Shown here one piece after another: positions 11,873 to 24,764 of a stretch of 64,000 bases of DNA; the stretch's first letter is position 1, and the number at the start of each line of letters is the position of its first letter. The translations under genes were made by a program, and so were the position numbers. Location: the NCBI GenBank assembly GCA_951406725.2, contig OX597814.1:102486001-102550000 (forward strand). Direction: 5' to 3'. This stretch comes from Octopus vulgaris. Taxonomy: Eukaryota. The notes under the pieces are model-generated. The model saw only the letters and a program-made list of their open reading frames with translations. It was not told where the DNA came from and did not search any database.

Positions 11873-13814
11873 TCTTAGAACAAATGACCAAGTACTTATC
11901 TAGGATTAAAAATTATCTGATAATATAGGTTTCTTAGGCACAAAGAACATTTTTGTAGGGTGGAGCTGTAGTTAATTAGGTTGGTCAAATTTATTATTCT
12001 TTTAACTTTTTTTATTCGGAAGGATGAAAGTAAATCTAGCCCTTGTAGGTTTGAACTCAGAATATAGAAGAAAGTAATTGTGAAATGTTTAATCTTGTTA
12101 CTTTTGTTACCTTACAACCATTATATCTAATGAGATAAAGCACTATATGTTTCTTGTTGTTTCACTGTGTCATCATCATCATCATCATTTATTGTCCACT
12201 TTTCAAAGCTTGTTTGGGTCAGATGGAATTCATTAAAGTAGATTTTCTCACAAGTTTGGGAACAAGGAGTGCAAGGTGTACAAGTGGACCCACTAAAATG
12301 TTTTTGTAATGGAGGTGGAGGTAATGAAAATGCATTGAACATCCTGGGTTGGACCTGGATTTGCATTTCCTAAGCAAATTTTAACCCTCACTTTCCAAGC
12401 AAGGTAATATTTCCTCTAGGCCAGATATATTTTCACAGAGGACTGCAAACAAGTGACACTGCTTGTATAATGGTAGTGATACTTACTTATAAATATCATG
12501 CAATGTGATAACAAAGACACACAAGCACACATATATATGTCTATCTATATGCATGTGCACACACACATCACATACAATGGAATTCTTTCAGTTTTTATCT
12601 ATTAAATCTACTCACAAGGTTTTGGTTGTCAAGAATATTATAGAAAACACTTGTCCAAGTTGCCACACATTGGTACTGAACCCAAAACCACATGTTAGTA
12701 GAGTGAGTTTCTTAACCAATTATTCTAAAACAGATAAGTTCCTAATATATTTTGTTACATGATTATTTCTTTTATTCTTATAATAATTATACCATTTTTG
12801 TTTCATCTTCCTTGCTAATATATAATTCTAAAATTCCTTTTAGATATTAGTATTTTTTTTCCCTTTTCCTTTCACATTAGTTGTAACCCTCTCTCTCTCT
12901 CTAACACTATTTATCTTTCACCTGTCTTTTTTATTACTAACAGATTACTGTATGTAGTGTCTCTCTCTTAGCCTGTTTTACACCCCACTTCTCATTACAC
13001 ACACACACACACATGTGGTATCACAAATGAATAACTGATTATATAAGGTATGAAACATGTGCTACAGTCCAAGAATGCATTATTTTAAATATAACAAATT
13101 GCTAAAATTTGAATTTCATAAGATGTTTTACTTCAACTGGTGCAAGTATGGCTGTGTGATTAAAATAGTTCACTTCCTAACCATGCAATTTTGAGCTCAG
13201 TCCCACTCTGTGACACCTTGAGCATGTGTCTACTACTGTAGCCTCAGGCCAACCAAATCCCTGTGACTGGATTTGATAGTCAGAAACTGAAAGAAGTCAA
13301 TATATATATACATATATATATCTGACAGACTTTGACTTTTCTATCCCAAAGGATATTTCAACATTCTTTTATTTATAACATTTTGTGCTTCAAGATCCAC
13401 TGTTCCAAAAATAATTATTTTATAGTTTCTTGAAAGTTTATAAAACTCTTACGATGTGTGTGTGTGTGCATGCGCGTGCACACAGGGGAAGATGTTAATG
13501 TCTTTTTGTCTTCACATTGCATGCTGGTTGTAAATAAATGTTACACTGGCATACAAGTAGCGTCATTCATTCATTTCCAATCTGAGAAAACATTTCCAGT
13601 CATGGGAAAATATTACCTTGCTTGGAAATAGGTAAAGGTTGGCCATAGGAAGGGTACCCAGACATGGAAAATTTGCCTCAGTGAATTCCATGCAACCTAT
13701 GCAAGAACAGAAAGATGGACATTAAAACAACAATAATGACAATATTGTTTTACGTCAATTGTTGCTTCAAGTCGCAGCAACTGCTTCTCAGAAGTTAATA
13801 TTGAAATATACATA

Positions 13815-14300
13815 AAGAAATGCCAAATCACTTAAAGTGGATGGAACTCATGGAAGAGGAAGACCTAGAAAGATATGGAACAAAGTACTGAAGGCCAATC
13901 TCAGGACACTGAGCCTTATGGAGAAGATGACAAAGGACTGAGATATCTGGCACCATGCTGTACTCAAGAAGAACTGTTCATGACAGCAGAATTGGTAATG
14001 CCCCTCTCCCAGCTGAAGGGGTTTTGCCTGAGAGAACTCCTTGCCAGTGCCACATAGAAAGCACCCATACAAAGTACCTGTGTCGAGCCATGTAAAAAGT
14101 GCCCATGCAGGGCTATTTTTTTTACAACCGTGCTGGTACCATGCAAAGAAATACCCAACACATTCTGTAAGGTGGCTGGCATTAGGCAAGACATCCAGCC
14201 ATAGAAACCAAGCAACTCCCAGCTTGTCAGCTCTGGTCAAACTATTCTACTTATGCCCACATGGAAAAAGGAATTTGTTCACAATGACAATGACAACAAC
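13815..14300 (+). mobile_element. RTE-clade LINE 3' fragment (ORF2 C-terminus plus 3' UTR)
   Basis: Translates SLKVDGTHGRGRPRKIWNKVLKANLRTL, carrying the GRGRPRKxW motif typical of RTE ORF2 ends, followed by the shared tail. Confidence 0.75.
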
Positions 14301-14824
14301 TAGATAATATTAATTTGGTCATTATCTTCTCCCATTGCTTTTAATTTGAAAGCTAAAATAACACTTTATAGCTTTCATACTGCTAGTAATATGTTGAAGG
14401 AAATACTGTTTCTGCTGACCTTCCAAATGACAGACATTTTCATTTGTCAGGTTTTGTTAATAATTGTTATCTACCAGTGTTTTTCACCATTGTATATATT
14501 ATGAATAGCAATATAAAAAAAAATGCAATTATTTTATTTCATAAGGCTATTTCTTAGCAACTTAATTAAAGGATTGGCCCTGTTGTTTCATATAAATATA
14601 TTGTTCTTTGTGATCAGTGGCACACTGCAAGTGTAAGGGATACTTAGCTATTAGCTTTTCTTTATTATACAAACACTTCAGCATCCATAAATTAAGCTCA
14701 CTTTTACTCTAAGTTAAATAAATTCATTATTGTCTATATAGACTATATAAAATCTTCTCGAATACCCAGCTACATGTTTTTTCAGTCCCTCTTTCTCTCT
14801 CACATACACACACACAATTGTATA

Positions 14825-15460
14825 CAGTTTATTTAGCTTGGCCTGGAGATAGGAGCTATGTCCATTGCCTTTTAGGGCCTTCTGAGATGAGTAACAGGAT
14901 GTTGTTAATGTTTTATTTAAACAGTTGTAAATTGATGACTACAGGAATGATGTGTTCAAGGAGATAATTCCAGAGGATTGATATTCTTGGAAAAAAGACT
15001 TATGTGTAGTGGTTACTATGGAGCTTGAGCAAGGTTGAAGGACACAATGTGAGTGATAAGAGAGGATGAGACAAGTAGTCAAAAGTGCTTAAGTGGAGAT
15101 GAATCAAAGCCAGCTATCTTTGAAGTGCACAGGCCATTGTAGCAGTGAGAAGCAGGGAGGCATTTTAGTGGATCAGAGGTTAGTGTGTGTTTGTGATTGA
15201 CCGGATGCAGTCTAAGATAACTTTGTGTGTAGCTGTAGTACCACCTTAGATAATGGAGCAGTACTCCATTGTGGGTCTTATTCAACTTTGTAGAACGTTA
15301 GCAGTTGATGAAAACTTGAGTATTTTCTGGCTCAGGAGAGAAATCCTAGCCACTGAGATGCAATCTTTGCTATTTTAAGAATGTACATTTATCAGGAAAG
15401 GCCCTCAGTAATGGGCCTAACATTTGAAGTGATTTCAAGGGTTCTAGTTGTATGCTGTTC
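14825..15460 (-). mobile_element. CR1/L2-like LINE 3' relic
   Basis: Decayed ORF2 C-terminal motifs (CYNGLCTSKIAG; SFFPRISILWNYL) on the minus strand. Confidence 0.6.
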
Positions 15461-15570
15461 AAGTTTAACCTTTTCTTGCCATATTTCAATTGGAAAACAT
15501 TGTCTTTGATTCACTCAATTTTGAAAATAAGAATTTAATAAAATAGCTTTGTCATTGTTAAGCTAGTATA

Positions 15571-16020
15571 AGGTGGCGAGCTGGCAGAATCATTAGCATA
15601 CCAGCAAAATGCTTAGCAATATTTCATCCATCTTTGTATTTTGAGTTCAAGTTCCACCAAGGACAACTTTGCCTTCCATCTTTGCCTGTTGGGGTCAATA
15701 AATTTAGTACCAGTAAAACACTAGAGTTGATGTAATCGATTTGTCCTCTCCCCCAAAATTTCAATCCTTGTGTCTTTAGTAGGAACAATTATTAAGTGTA
15801 AGGCTGTGAACTGGCAGAACTGATAGCATGTCAGACAAAATGATTAGTGAAATTTCATCAATCTTTATGTTCTGAGCTCAACTTTCACTGATGTTGACTT
15901 TGCCTTTCATCCTTTCAGAGTCAATAAAATAAGTACTTGTCAAGTACTGGGCTCAATGTAAGCAACTTCCCCTTTCTCTCAAAAGCTGCTATCCCTGTGC
16001 AAAAATTTGAAACTGTTATT
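15571..16020 (+). mobile_element. Two tandem tRNA-derived SINEs (GGCGAGCTGGCAGAATC family) nested in a TTAA-type MITE
   Basis: Two ~220-bp copies with the GAGTTCAA B-box region; flanks 15465-15570 and 16020-16125 resemble the two halves of the 22354 MITE family. Confidence 0.75.
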
Positions 16021-16128
16021 AAGTTAGTGCTTTGAACATAATAAAAAGTGTTGATAAAAGGTTTTAATTTGAATCACTTTAAACAAGGACTTTATATCAT
16101 AGAACTAGTGGCAGTCTTAGTAATGCAG

Positions 16129-17098
16129 TTAATCAAAGTATGCACATAAATTATCAACACAATTTTGCCATTTTATCAGGAGCTGGCAGTGAAGAATTTT
16201 GGAGAGCAAGAAATGAGGAAATCACAAAAGGCTATTTTTGCATCTTCTTCAGATTTGAAGTTTTTTCCTTGCAAAAAGTTGTCTAATTCCTGGAAAACAT
16301 GAATGTCAGTTGGTGCAAGGCCTGGTGAATATAGTGGATGACAGAGTGCTTCCAAGTTCAGTTCCTGTAATTTGAGTAGCATTCTGTGTACTACCTGTGG
16401 TCAAGCATTGTCTTGGAAGAGAATTGGCCTGTTTCTATTGACCAATCTCAGTTGTTTAATTGCAAGTTAACTCATTAACTACTAGGTTTCATGAAGCTGT
16501 TGTGGATGACACCAGCACTGGACCACAAAACAGATGCCATTAGCTTTTTTTGCTGAATATTCTTTCTTGGATTGTGTTTTGGCACTTCTTCTCTATCCAA
16601 CCACTGTGCAGAATGCTTGCTATTGTTGAAAAGAATCCACTTTTCATCACATATAACAATATAATGCAAAAATAGTTTACCTTTAAGCCATGACAGCAAA
16701 GAACAGCAAGTTTCAAGACGATGTGTCAGTTGATGCTCGTTTAGTTTGTGTGGTACCCATTTGTTCAGCTTCTTTACTTTGTCGATTTGTTTCAAATGGT
16801 CCAATACAGTTGGAATCGAAACATGAAACCTTACTGCTAACTTACGCGTAGTTTGAGATGTATCCACTTCCACTACAGTTTTCAGCTCATCATTATCCAC
16901 CTTGGTGTCAGGTCTACCACAGGGCTAATTTTCAAGAGTAAAGTCACCAGAGCAGAACTTCTCAAGCCATTGACATACAGTGTGCTCATTCGCCACATCT
17001 TCACCAACCAACTCATTGATGTTTTGAATTGTGTGGGAGGCATCGATTCCAAGGTGGAACTCATATTCATAAACAACATGAATTTTTGATTTATCCAT
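16129..17098 (-). pseudogene. Mariner (DD34D) transposase pseudogene
   Basis: Starts MDKSKIHVVYEYEF; WVPHKL linker; CDEKW first catalytic D; HPLYSPGLAPTD (YSPDLAP motif); ends KWQNCVDNLCAYFD*. Broken by frameshifts and an internal deletion. Confidence 0.93.
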
Positions 17099-17234
17099 GG
17101 GTTCACAAAAATTGACTTACAAGAGAAAACTCACAATATAATTTGACACCATGCATTTCAAAAAGTGATGATGTAACTCTTCAATGTTGTAAAACAAAGA
17201 ATTGTCAGGATAAAATATTAGAGTTAATGACTGT

Positions 17235-17282
17235 CAAACTTGGTGCATAAGAAAATCAGACATTTCATTCTTAATGACTGAT
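17235..17282 (-). repeat. Probable 5' TIR of the mariner element
   Basis: TA followed by ...aagaatgaaatgtctgattttcttatgcaccaa upstream of the ATG; no matching 3' TIR seen. Confidence 0.5.
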
Positions 17283-17454
17283 AAAACACATACCAGTGTA
17301 GCATTATAGCTTTCCATAAGTTTGAATCTGAAGGATATACTCTCCCTAACAGGGTTCCATAAGGCATGAAATTATTCCAAGAGAAATGACATTTGCCTGC
17401 TTGGAAAGTGTATTGTGGAATTTAAACTTCTGAAAAATAAAAAAACCTCATACA

Positions 17455-18582
17455 TTGCAAAGTAGAAGATCACATTCAAGCAATTTTTCATCATCCTCTT
17501 TAGATCTTATCTTTCTTTATTACTCATGTTCTACTGACAATATCCTGTTTCTAACATATGTATTATATAATTTAATTTTGTACAAATGTCTCTGTTTAAT
17601 AAATCCTTTAGCAGCAAGCAAACATCTCCCAGTTCCTCCTTTCTCCCAACAACACTGGTGCTCATTATATCATTATGTTGATGGAGCTCATCATTATTAA
17701 ATATATTTTACTTGTACAGCCAGTTTCACTGTCATAATTCAACAAGTTAAAATAAGGATCCATTGTTAATTTACTCAACACTTCATATTTCTTTAGCTTT
17801 TTTATTAGTCACACACACACACAACCAACATAATATGGATTTTCTGACTTTCCCCCTACTACTAACAATAGTAATTATCTTTTACTTGTTTTAGTCATTG
17901 ATATGTGGCCATGCTGGGGCATTGTCATGAAGGGTTTTAGTCAAACAAATTAACTTCAATACTTCTTTTAAGCTTGGTACTTATTCTATTAGTCTCTTAT
18001 GCCGAACTACTAAGTCACAGGGACATAAACAAACCAGCACTGATTATCAAGAGTAACAGAGTATATGTATGTGTGTGTGTGCCTTTGTGTTTGTCCCCCT
18101 CCACCTCTTGACATAGTGTTGGTTCATTTATGTCCTCCATAACTTAGCAGTTCATTGAAGGAGACCAATAGAATAAGTAACCAGGCTTTAAAACAATAAG
18201 TACAGATGGTAGTGGTGAGGGATTTGTTTGACTAAATCCTTCAAGGCAGTACACCAGCATGGCCACCGTCCACTGACTTAAAAACATAAACAATGACAGA
18301 AAAGATATTTTTCAGTGCTTCCCATTATTTATTTATTTATCTTAATGTCTGATTATATTTTATTTCATAAACTTGACCTCTTCTGAAACGTTAGGAATTC
18401 TCCCGTTCATCATTATTACTCATTTTCTAACATTGTAGAATGTGTGTGTTGATGGAAACAGCGCTCTTAAATTTTTAGAGTGGCAAAAGAAATCGGATGT
18501 TAACTATCCAAACTAATGTGGAATTTCCTCTGTACATGCATCATCTTCAGGAAGTGATTACCAAGTTATAAATCTTTTCTTT
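17455..18582 (-). pseudogene. Exon relics of the minus-strand decayed gene (two pieces split by SINEs)
   Basis: Acceptor ttattctgtAG at 18584-18583; 17700-17530 translates NNDELHQHNDIMSTSVVGRKEELGDVCLLLKDLLNRDICTKLNYIIHMLETGYCQ; donor AAT|GTATGA near 17454. Confidence 0.4.
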
Positions 18583-19239
18583 CTACAGAATAATAATGTC
18601 AAGAAGAAATATTAGAATATATTTGGATAACACCACACACACACACATATGCACAACACTTCCTCCCCCTGTCTCTCTCAATACTCATAATTTGTTTGCT
18701 TTCCATGTGGTTTGAGTCTGTAACAAATGAAGTCCTGTAAAGTTATATTTGAGTCTAGACCTCTTGAATAATTCATCTTCTTTTACTTTTACCTTATATC
18801 TTTGGATTGTTTCAGTCATTCAACTGCAGTTGTGCCGGGGCATAGCCTTGGAGGTTTTCAGTTGAACAAATCAAACCCAGTAATTTTTTTTAAGCCTGAT
18901 ACTTATTCTATCTTACACTGAATTGTTAAGTTACAGGGACATAAACAAACCAACATTGGTTGTCAAGGAGTAATGGGTGACAAACACAAAGACACACATT
19001 AGGCTTCTTTCAATTTCCATCTTCCAAATCCACTCACAAGGCTTTAGTTGGCCTGGGATTATAATAAAAGTCACTTGCCCAAGATGGCAATGGGATTGAA
19101 CCTGGAACCATGTGGTTGGAAAACAAACTTCTTACCACACAGCCATGCCTATTTCATATATAAAAATTTGAAATCAATATTCCACACTCTCATTATTTGT
19201 ATACAATCCTTTTTTATTTTTATTTTTTATCCTATGAAA

Positions 19240-19500
19240 AGACAAAAAACATTACATGAAACCAACCATACAAGGGATGTTTACAGAGTATCTTTGGAAT
19301 AGTTAGGCTTGAAAAATTTCTAAATAAACATTTACTCGGGATATTTCAATATTGAGATTTGTATCCTTTATCAAACACTGTAGTCTTTCATGGTTTTGGT
19401 TTTTAGCCAGCTATGTAAATACTTAATCTGTGTACAAATTTACTCGAAGCCTTTCTACGATATAGTCATTTATGTGCTGTCATGGTACCAGCTATATTGA
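19240..19500 (-). pseudogene. Exon relic with in-frame stops (QHINDYIVERLRVNLYTD*VFT*LAKNQNHERLQCLIKDTNLNIEISRVNVYLEIFQA*LFQRYSVNIPC)
   Basis: Long protein-like single frame interrupted by point stops. Confidence 0.3.
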
Positions 19501-19677
19501 TATTTTAATATCATTACACATTATTTTATCTTATTTTGCTTCCCAACCACATGGTTTCAAGTTCAGTCCCATTGTGTGGAACCTTGGGCAAGTGTCTTCT
19601 CCTATAGCCTCAGGTTGACCAAAGCCTTGTGAATGGATTTGGTAGATGTAAATTGAAAGAAGCCTGTTTTGTGTGCA

Positions 19678-19726
<49 letters not shown>

Positions 19727-21224
19727 TGCTGGTGCCATGTAATAGGCACCCACTACACTCTTGGAGTGGTCAGCATTAGAAAGGGCATCAAGCTGTAGCA
19801 ACCAAGCCAAATTAGACTGGAACCTAGTACAGCTCTCTGGCCCATCAGTTCTAGTCAAACTGTAACCCATGCCAGCATGGAAAATGGGCACTAAATGATG
19901 ATATATATATATATATATGCATACATTTTTTATATACACACACACAATGGATATATCTATGTGTGTGTGTCTGTGTTTGTCCCCCATCACCACTTGATCA
20001 GTGTTGGTTTGTTTACGTTCCTTAACTTAGCAGTTTGGCATAAATGAAAAAGTATAAGGCTTTAAAAAAAATAAGTCCCAAGGTGTCGCTTCATTCAACC
20101 AAAATCCAAAGTAGTGCTCCAGTATTTCTGCAGTCCAATGACTGAAATGAATTAAAGATTAAAAACAAAAAAGGTAAAAGTGTTAAAGGCAAACCTGGAT
20201 AGAACAGGTTTTCAGTAACTAAATTTTATTTATTCTTTACTTAACCATATTATTTATTTATCACTTTATTATTTAATCAATGTGAAGGAACATGATTGTT
20301 AGTAGTGGTTGAGCAGGTTTTCTTTTCTCTTTACTTTTTTATGTTCCTGCCTCTCCCTCTATCCTCTTTCTTTATATGGGACATGGATACTGTAGCTTTA
20401 TTTTAGCCCCTGCCTGACTAGATTTTTTTCCATTCAGATTTGTTTATTTTATATTCTATTCTTGTTCTTTGGTGAATTAAATTAATAAATACTGTAGCTA
20501 AAGGAAACAAAATTAAAATAAAATGTCAGTTTGTTCCTTGTGGTTCTCTTACTGTTTTTATTATTCTCTTATTTTGACAGTGTATAATTTCACTTGGAAG
20601 CAAACACTTAAAGATAAATATTATTTCATACCCACTAAATTTAATATCTATTTTTCATGTGTAGATACCAAAACTTAGTAAAATGATTGCTAAGGTTTGG
20701 TTATAAGTGTTAACCCTTCTCATGTAAAAATTATATAGTATTATACCTACTTAATAAGTATAATATCTATATATATATAAAATAAAAAATAAATGCGCCC
20801 TTTTTAAAGCCTAGCCAGGTTCATGGGCCCGGTTTCTATGGCGTATGTGTGTTCCCCAGCTGGACGGGACGCCACTCCATCGCAGCATTACTCATTTTTG
20901 CCAGCCGAGTGGATTGGAGCAAAGTGAAATGAAGTGTTTTGCTCAAGAACACAACGTGTCGCCCGGTCCAGGAATCGAAACCACAATCTTACAATCATGG
21001 AGCCGACACCCTAACCACTAAGCCACGTACCTCTCTCTCTATATATATATATAAATATAGGTAGCTAATTCACAATTTTACAACCTAAAGGCAGAAATAT
21101 ATACATCACTAAAGTGATAAAGGGTACTAATCAGCACCAGTATTGCTAGAAATAAGAGTCTAAAACAACTCAATAGCCACAGAAACACTATCTTAATGAC
21201 TGACAGGGAGGCAAGCTCCCTATG

Positions 21225-21433
21225 GAGCAACAGCCTCAAGACACCTCTGAAACCTGGTACATGCATTCCTCACTGTGTCCTTGGGAAGGTCTTCAAACAC
21301 TTCCTTGATCTTGGCCACCAGTTTGGCCTTGGCGTTGCTGGCAGAGTGATTGGTGTCTTTCTCAACCATGCCCCAAGTTGTTCTAGAAAAGAGGAGACAT
21401 AAAAAAATCATCAAATTTATCCTGAACACCCTG
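21225..21433 (-). mobile_element. Tc1/mariner-superfamily deletion derivative
   Basis: Terminus CAGGGTGTTCAGGATAAAT followed by transposase C-terminal helix WGMVEKDTNHS...LVAKIKEVFEDLPKDTVRNACTRFQRCLEAV. Confidence 0.75.
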
Positions 21434-22353
21434 TGTGTGTGTGTGTATAGATAGATAGATAAGTAGATAGACAGATAGATAAATAAATAAATAGACAGAC
21501 AGATAGGTTATATACACACATATACACAAATGCATATATATTGTTCTGTTTAATATCTGCTTTTCCAAGCTAGCATAGCTAAGACAGTGGGTAACTGAGG
21601 CAGGGTTTTATGGACAGGGATGCTCTTCATGTTGCCTACCCTTAACTATTTTTTTTTAATTCCAAAGGAATTTGAAAGCACGGGACTAATGGACAATTTA
21701 CTGATAGGAAATATCAACGAGCAAAACCAGTTATAGCCCAGCTACAAATGGTGATGTCACTATTTGTAGCTAAACTGAAAACAGTGATGTTATTTATCTG
21801 TAGCTGTAACTCAGCATAGTTTGTAAAGACAGACACACATATTTATATATATATATATATATATATATGTGCATATAGGACAGATTTCTTTCAGTTTGCA
21901 TCTACCAAATTCGCTTCATAAATCATTGGTTGACTCATGGCTATTGTAGAAAATACTTGCCCAAAGTGCTGCACAATGGGACTAAATCTGAAGCCATATA
22001 GTTGAGAAATAAACTTCTCAGCCACACACCTATGCTGAAATAGTGTATATTCATGCAAAATTAATGTAATGAAAATCTGTAAATTTCTGTGTGATGAATG
22101 AAGGGCAAAGAACTTAACTTTCAGAAAGAATTTATGCTTATAAATTGTAATATCATTCACATTATAACATAAACATTATTTGACTCATGGTATTATTTCT
22201 TCTTGTAGACATCAAAAACCAAGTTAGGATACCTCACTATGTTGGATATATCTTGTCCCATTAGCTAGCAGGGCTATCAAACAGTATCATTGCCCCATCT
22301 TAAGTAAAGCAAAATAATAGGACTTCTGCATATACAACCGCTGCATACATAGA

Positions 22354-22582
22354 TTAACCCTTTTGTTACTGTATTTATTTTGAGATGCTCTGTGTTTCTT
22401 TCAATTACTTTAAATATAACAAAGAATTTGATAAAATAACTTAGTTTTCATTCAGCTAGTGTTAGGAACATAAATTGTGACTAAGGTTTGGTGGAAGATT
22501 TTAATTCAAAACTTATGAAAACAAGACATTTGTACTACAGAGCCAGAGCCAGTTTCAGCCGGGTTGGTAACAAAAGGGTTAA
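22354..22582. mobile_element. piggyBac-like MITE
   Basis: TTAA on both sides and a perfect 12-bp TIR CCCTTTTGTTAC / GTAACAAAAGGG. Confidence 0.88.
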
Positions 22583-22649
22583 CACTGGCTCCCTTTCACC
22601 CATGGAACACCCAAGCAACTACCCAGTTGCTCATGCCCCACTAGCTGGT

Positions 22650-23090
22650 ACTGAGTGACTGACAAATTATCTTGTCGAGATAAAATAATACAGTTATAAT
22701 TGCAGAAACAATTTGTAATTCAAGATGTTCTCTCATGTAGTTGGTGATGCAGTCACTTGGTAAATGATGATTAAATACATGGTTCATATCATGTTAGTGT
22801 GCTTGTTGCTTTATTCTGTCTAAATTTGTGCTTATGTCTTGTATCAAACAACTCTACATGTAATCTTCAAACCACCAAATTACATACATGCTAACAATGT
22901 TGATTAAAAGTGGAATCCCCTGTTAACTTTTGTTAAATTTTCTTCACCATGGTTTTCCTCTTTCCTTGCAATGCAGATGCATATTTCTTCCCTTGTGGTG
23001 CATATTCTTTTGTTCTGATGACATGTAGATGATATTCTTGATCTTGAATAAGTGACTGGTTTAATGAAGTCAATCAATCAATAACAGTGA
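22650..23090 (-). pseudogene. Large exon relic Y (copy A)
   Basis: Acceptor cttacctacAG; TVID*LTSLNQSLIQDQEYHLHVIRTKEYAPQGKKYASALQGKEENHGEENLTKVNRGFHF*, then LIQDISTNLDRIKQQAH*HDMNHVFNHHLPSDCITNYMREHLELQIVSAIITVLFYLDKIICQSL. Confidence 0.55.
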
Positions 23091-23482
23091 CTGTAGGTAA
23101 GCTTATGGAATAGGATAATAATGCTTTTCTTTCCCTTTACAGTTTCATTAAATCCATATCTCCTTCCTTCTGCACATTCTTTTATTCTGGTTTCAGTCAT
23201 TGGACTGTGGCACTCCTCGGATACTGTCTTGAAAGGTTTTTAGTCTCTTTCTAGCCAAACCACTAAGTTTAGAAAATGTAAATAGACTAACACTTGTTCT
23301 GAAGAGGTGAGACACAAGCATATAAACACACATGCACATACATGCAAACAGACACACAGCCACATGCACACACAACACACACAGATATACAACACTCTTG
23401 CAAAGTTTCCATCTACCAAATTTATTCAGAAAGCAGAGAATGTTAAAGTGTATAAGAGAAATAAAATAACTGCATACATTAC

Positions 23483-23572
23483 ATGATCAATCTAAAACAT
23501 ATGTTTGTAATTGTTTATAGACAGAAAAAGTATTGGAATTATTCTATTGGTCTAAGTTAGCAGCAGGTGCAG
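23483..23572 (-). pseudogene. 90-nt phase 1-1 exon X (copy 1): APAANLDQ*NNSNTFSVYKQLQTYVLD*S
   Basis: Strong acceptor tttttcttctttcAG and donor T|GTAATG; splices in frame to exon Y (T+TC = Phe). Confidence 0.55.
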
Positions 23573-23619
23573 CTGAAAGAAGAAAAATGTTCTTAGCTGA
23601 AGGGCAATGTTATGAGAGT

Positions 23620-23693
23620 GATGACTTGTAGATAATGCCCTCAGTCCAGAATAAGTGACTGGTTTAATGACGTCAAGAAATCAATAGCAGTGA
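23620..23693 (-). pseudogene. Truncated duplicate of exon Y (copy B): TAIDFLTSLNQSLILD*GHYLQVI
   Basis: Clear homolog of 23016-23090 with the same acceptor. Confidence 0.55.
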
Positions 23694-23705
23694 CTGTAGG
23701 TAAGC

Positions 23706-23922
23706 CTAACCCTTTAGCATCAGATTACTCTGTCAAATGTAATGCTTATTTATTCACATTGTTTTGAATTAATCATGCATTGTCTTGTTGCTTTGAGATT
23801 TCAATGTAGTGATTGCTTATTTTTAGAATGATATCGTAGGGTAGGTATGACAGGCTGGATATGGCCAGTTTGAATGTAAAATGGGTAGAATATTTTGGCC
23901 AGTTTAAATGCTAAAGGGTTAA
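23706..23922. mobile_element. piggyBac-like MITE (TTAA-CCCTTTAGC family)
   Basis: CCCTTTAGCAT...ATGCTAAAGGG TIRs with (c/t)TAA and TTAA flanks. Confidence 0.85.
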
Positions 23923-24293
23923 AGAATTAGTTGGAGAAATTGGAAGTCTATCAACCTTTTCATTTTAACATATATACATAACACATAACAATATTGTTGT
24001 TCTTGGCACAATTCTTTGTTCAAATCCCAATGTTGATAAAATAATTACTAGACAAGTACTAGAGCCAATTAAAAATCGACTACATCCCTCTCCATTGATG
24101 TATGATCTTGTAACCATTTTAGAAATATCATCATCGTTCTCATTATTATTAATTGGTCATATCACTGAAGATTGAAACTTTGAATTTACTTGTTCCATAT
24201 TTTTTAAGTTAGACATTCCAGTGTAAAGCTACTTTTATTGAATAACAGAATATAAATAAGATATTACAAGTGATAAATGATATGTTCATGGTA

Positions 24294-24331
<38 letters not shown>

Positions 24332-24764
24332 CATTCAAAGACTGTCATATACATAATGATTGAAACAGTATAAATACAAATGCAAAAGATGAAGCTAATA
24401 GTTTGATCAACAACTCATATACTGTTTTAACATAACAAGACACTATATGTTTAAATTTATCCTCTAATCTTCTCCAAAACCTTCATCAAGTGAAGTAAAC
24501 TATTCATATAATCTGCAAATCACTAAACTATAGAAAAATTCTTTATTTATCTATAATTCCATGGAAATTTAAGCACTTAGGCTTTTTTTTTCTTTTCTCT
24601 AGCAATGCAGCTTAAAGTTGGAATCTCTGCTTAATAGTATTAAGTATGTTATTTTTCATGGTTTTTCTTTTTTCTCATGATGCATATTTATTTGAATGCA
24701 TATGGATAGAATGTTTAAGTGTATATTATGGCAGTCATAAAATAAACTGGATACTTTACATTAC

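Noticed and set aside
23015-23700. Duplicated segments starting TGATGA as box C/D snoRNAs
   Set aside because: No terminal CTGA box D or terminal stem; better explained as duplicated minus-strand exons.
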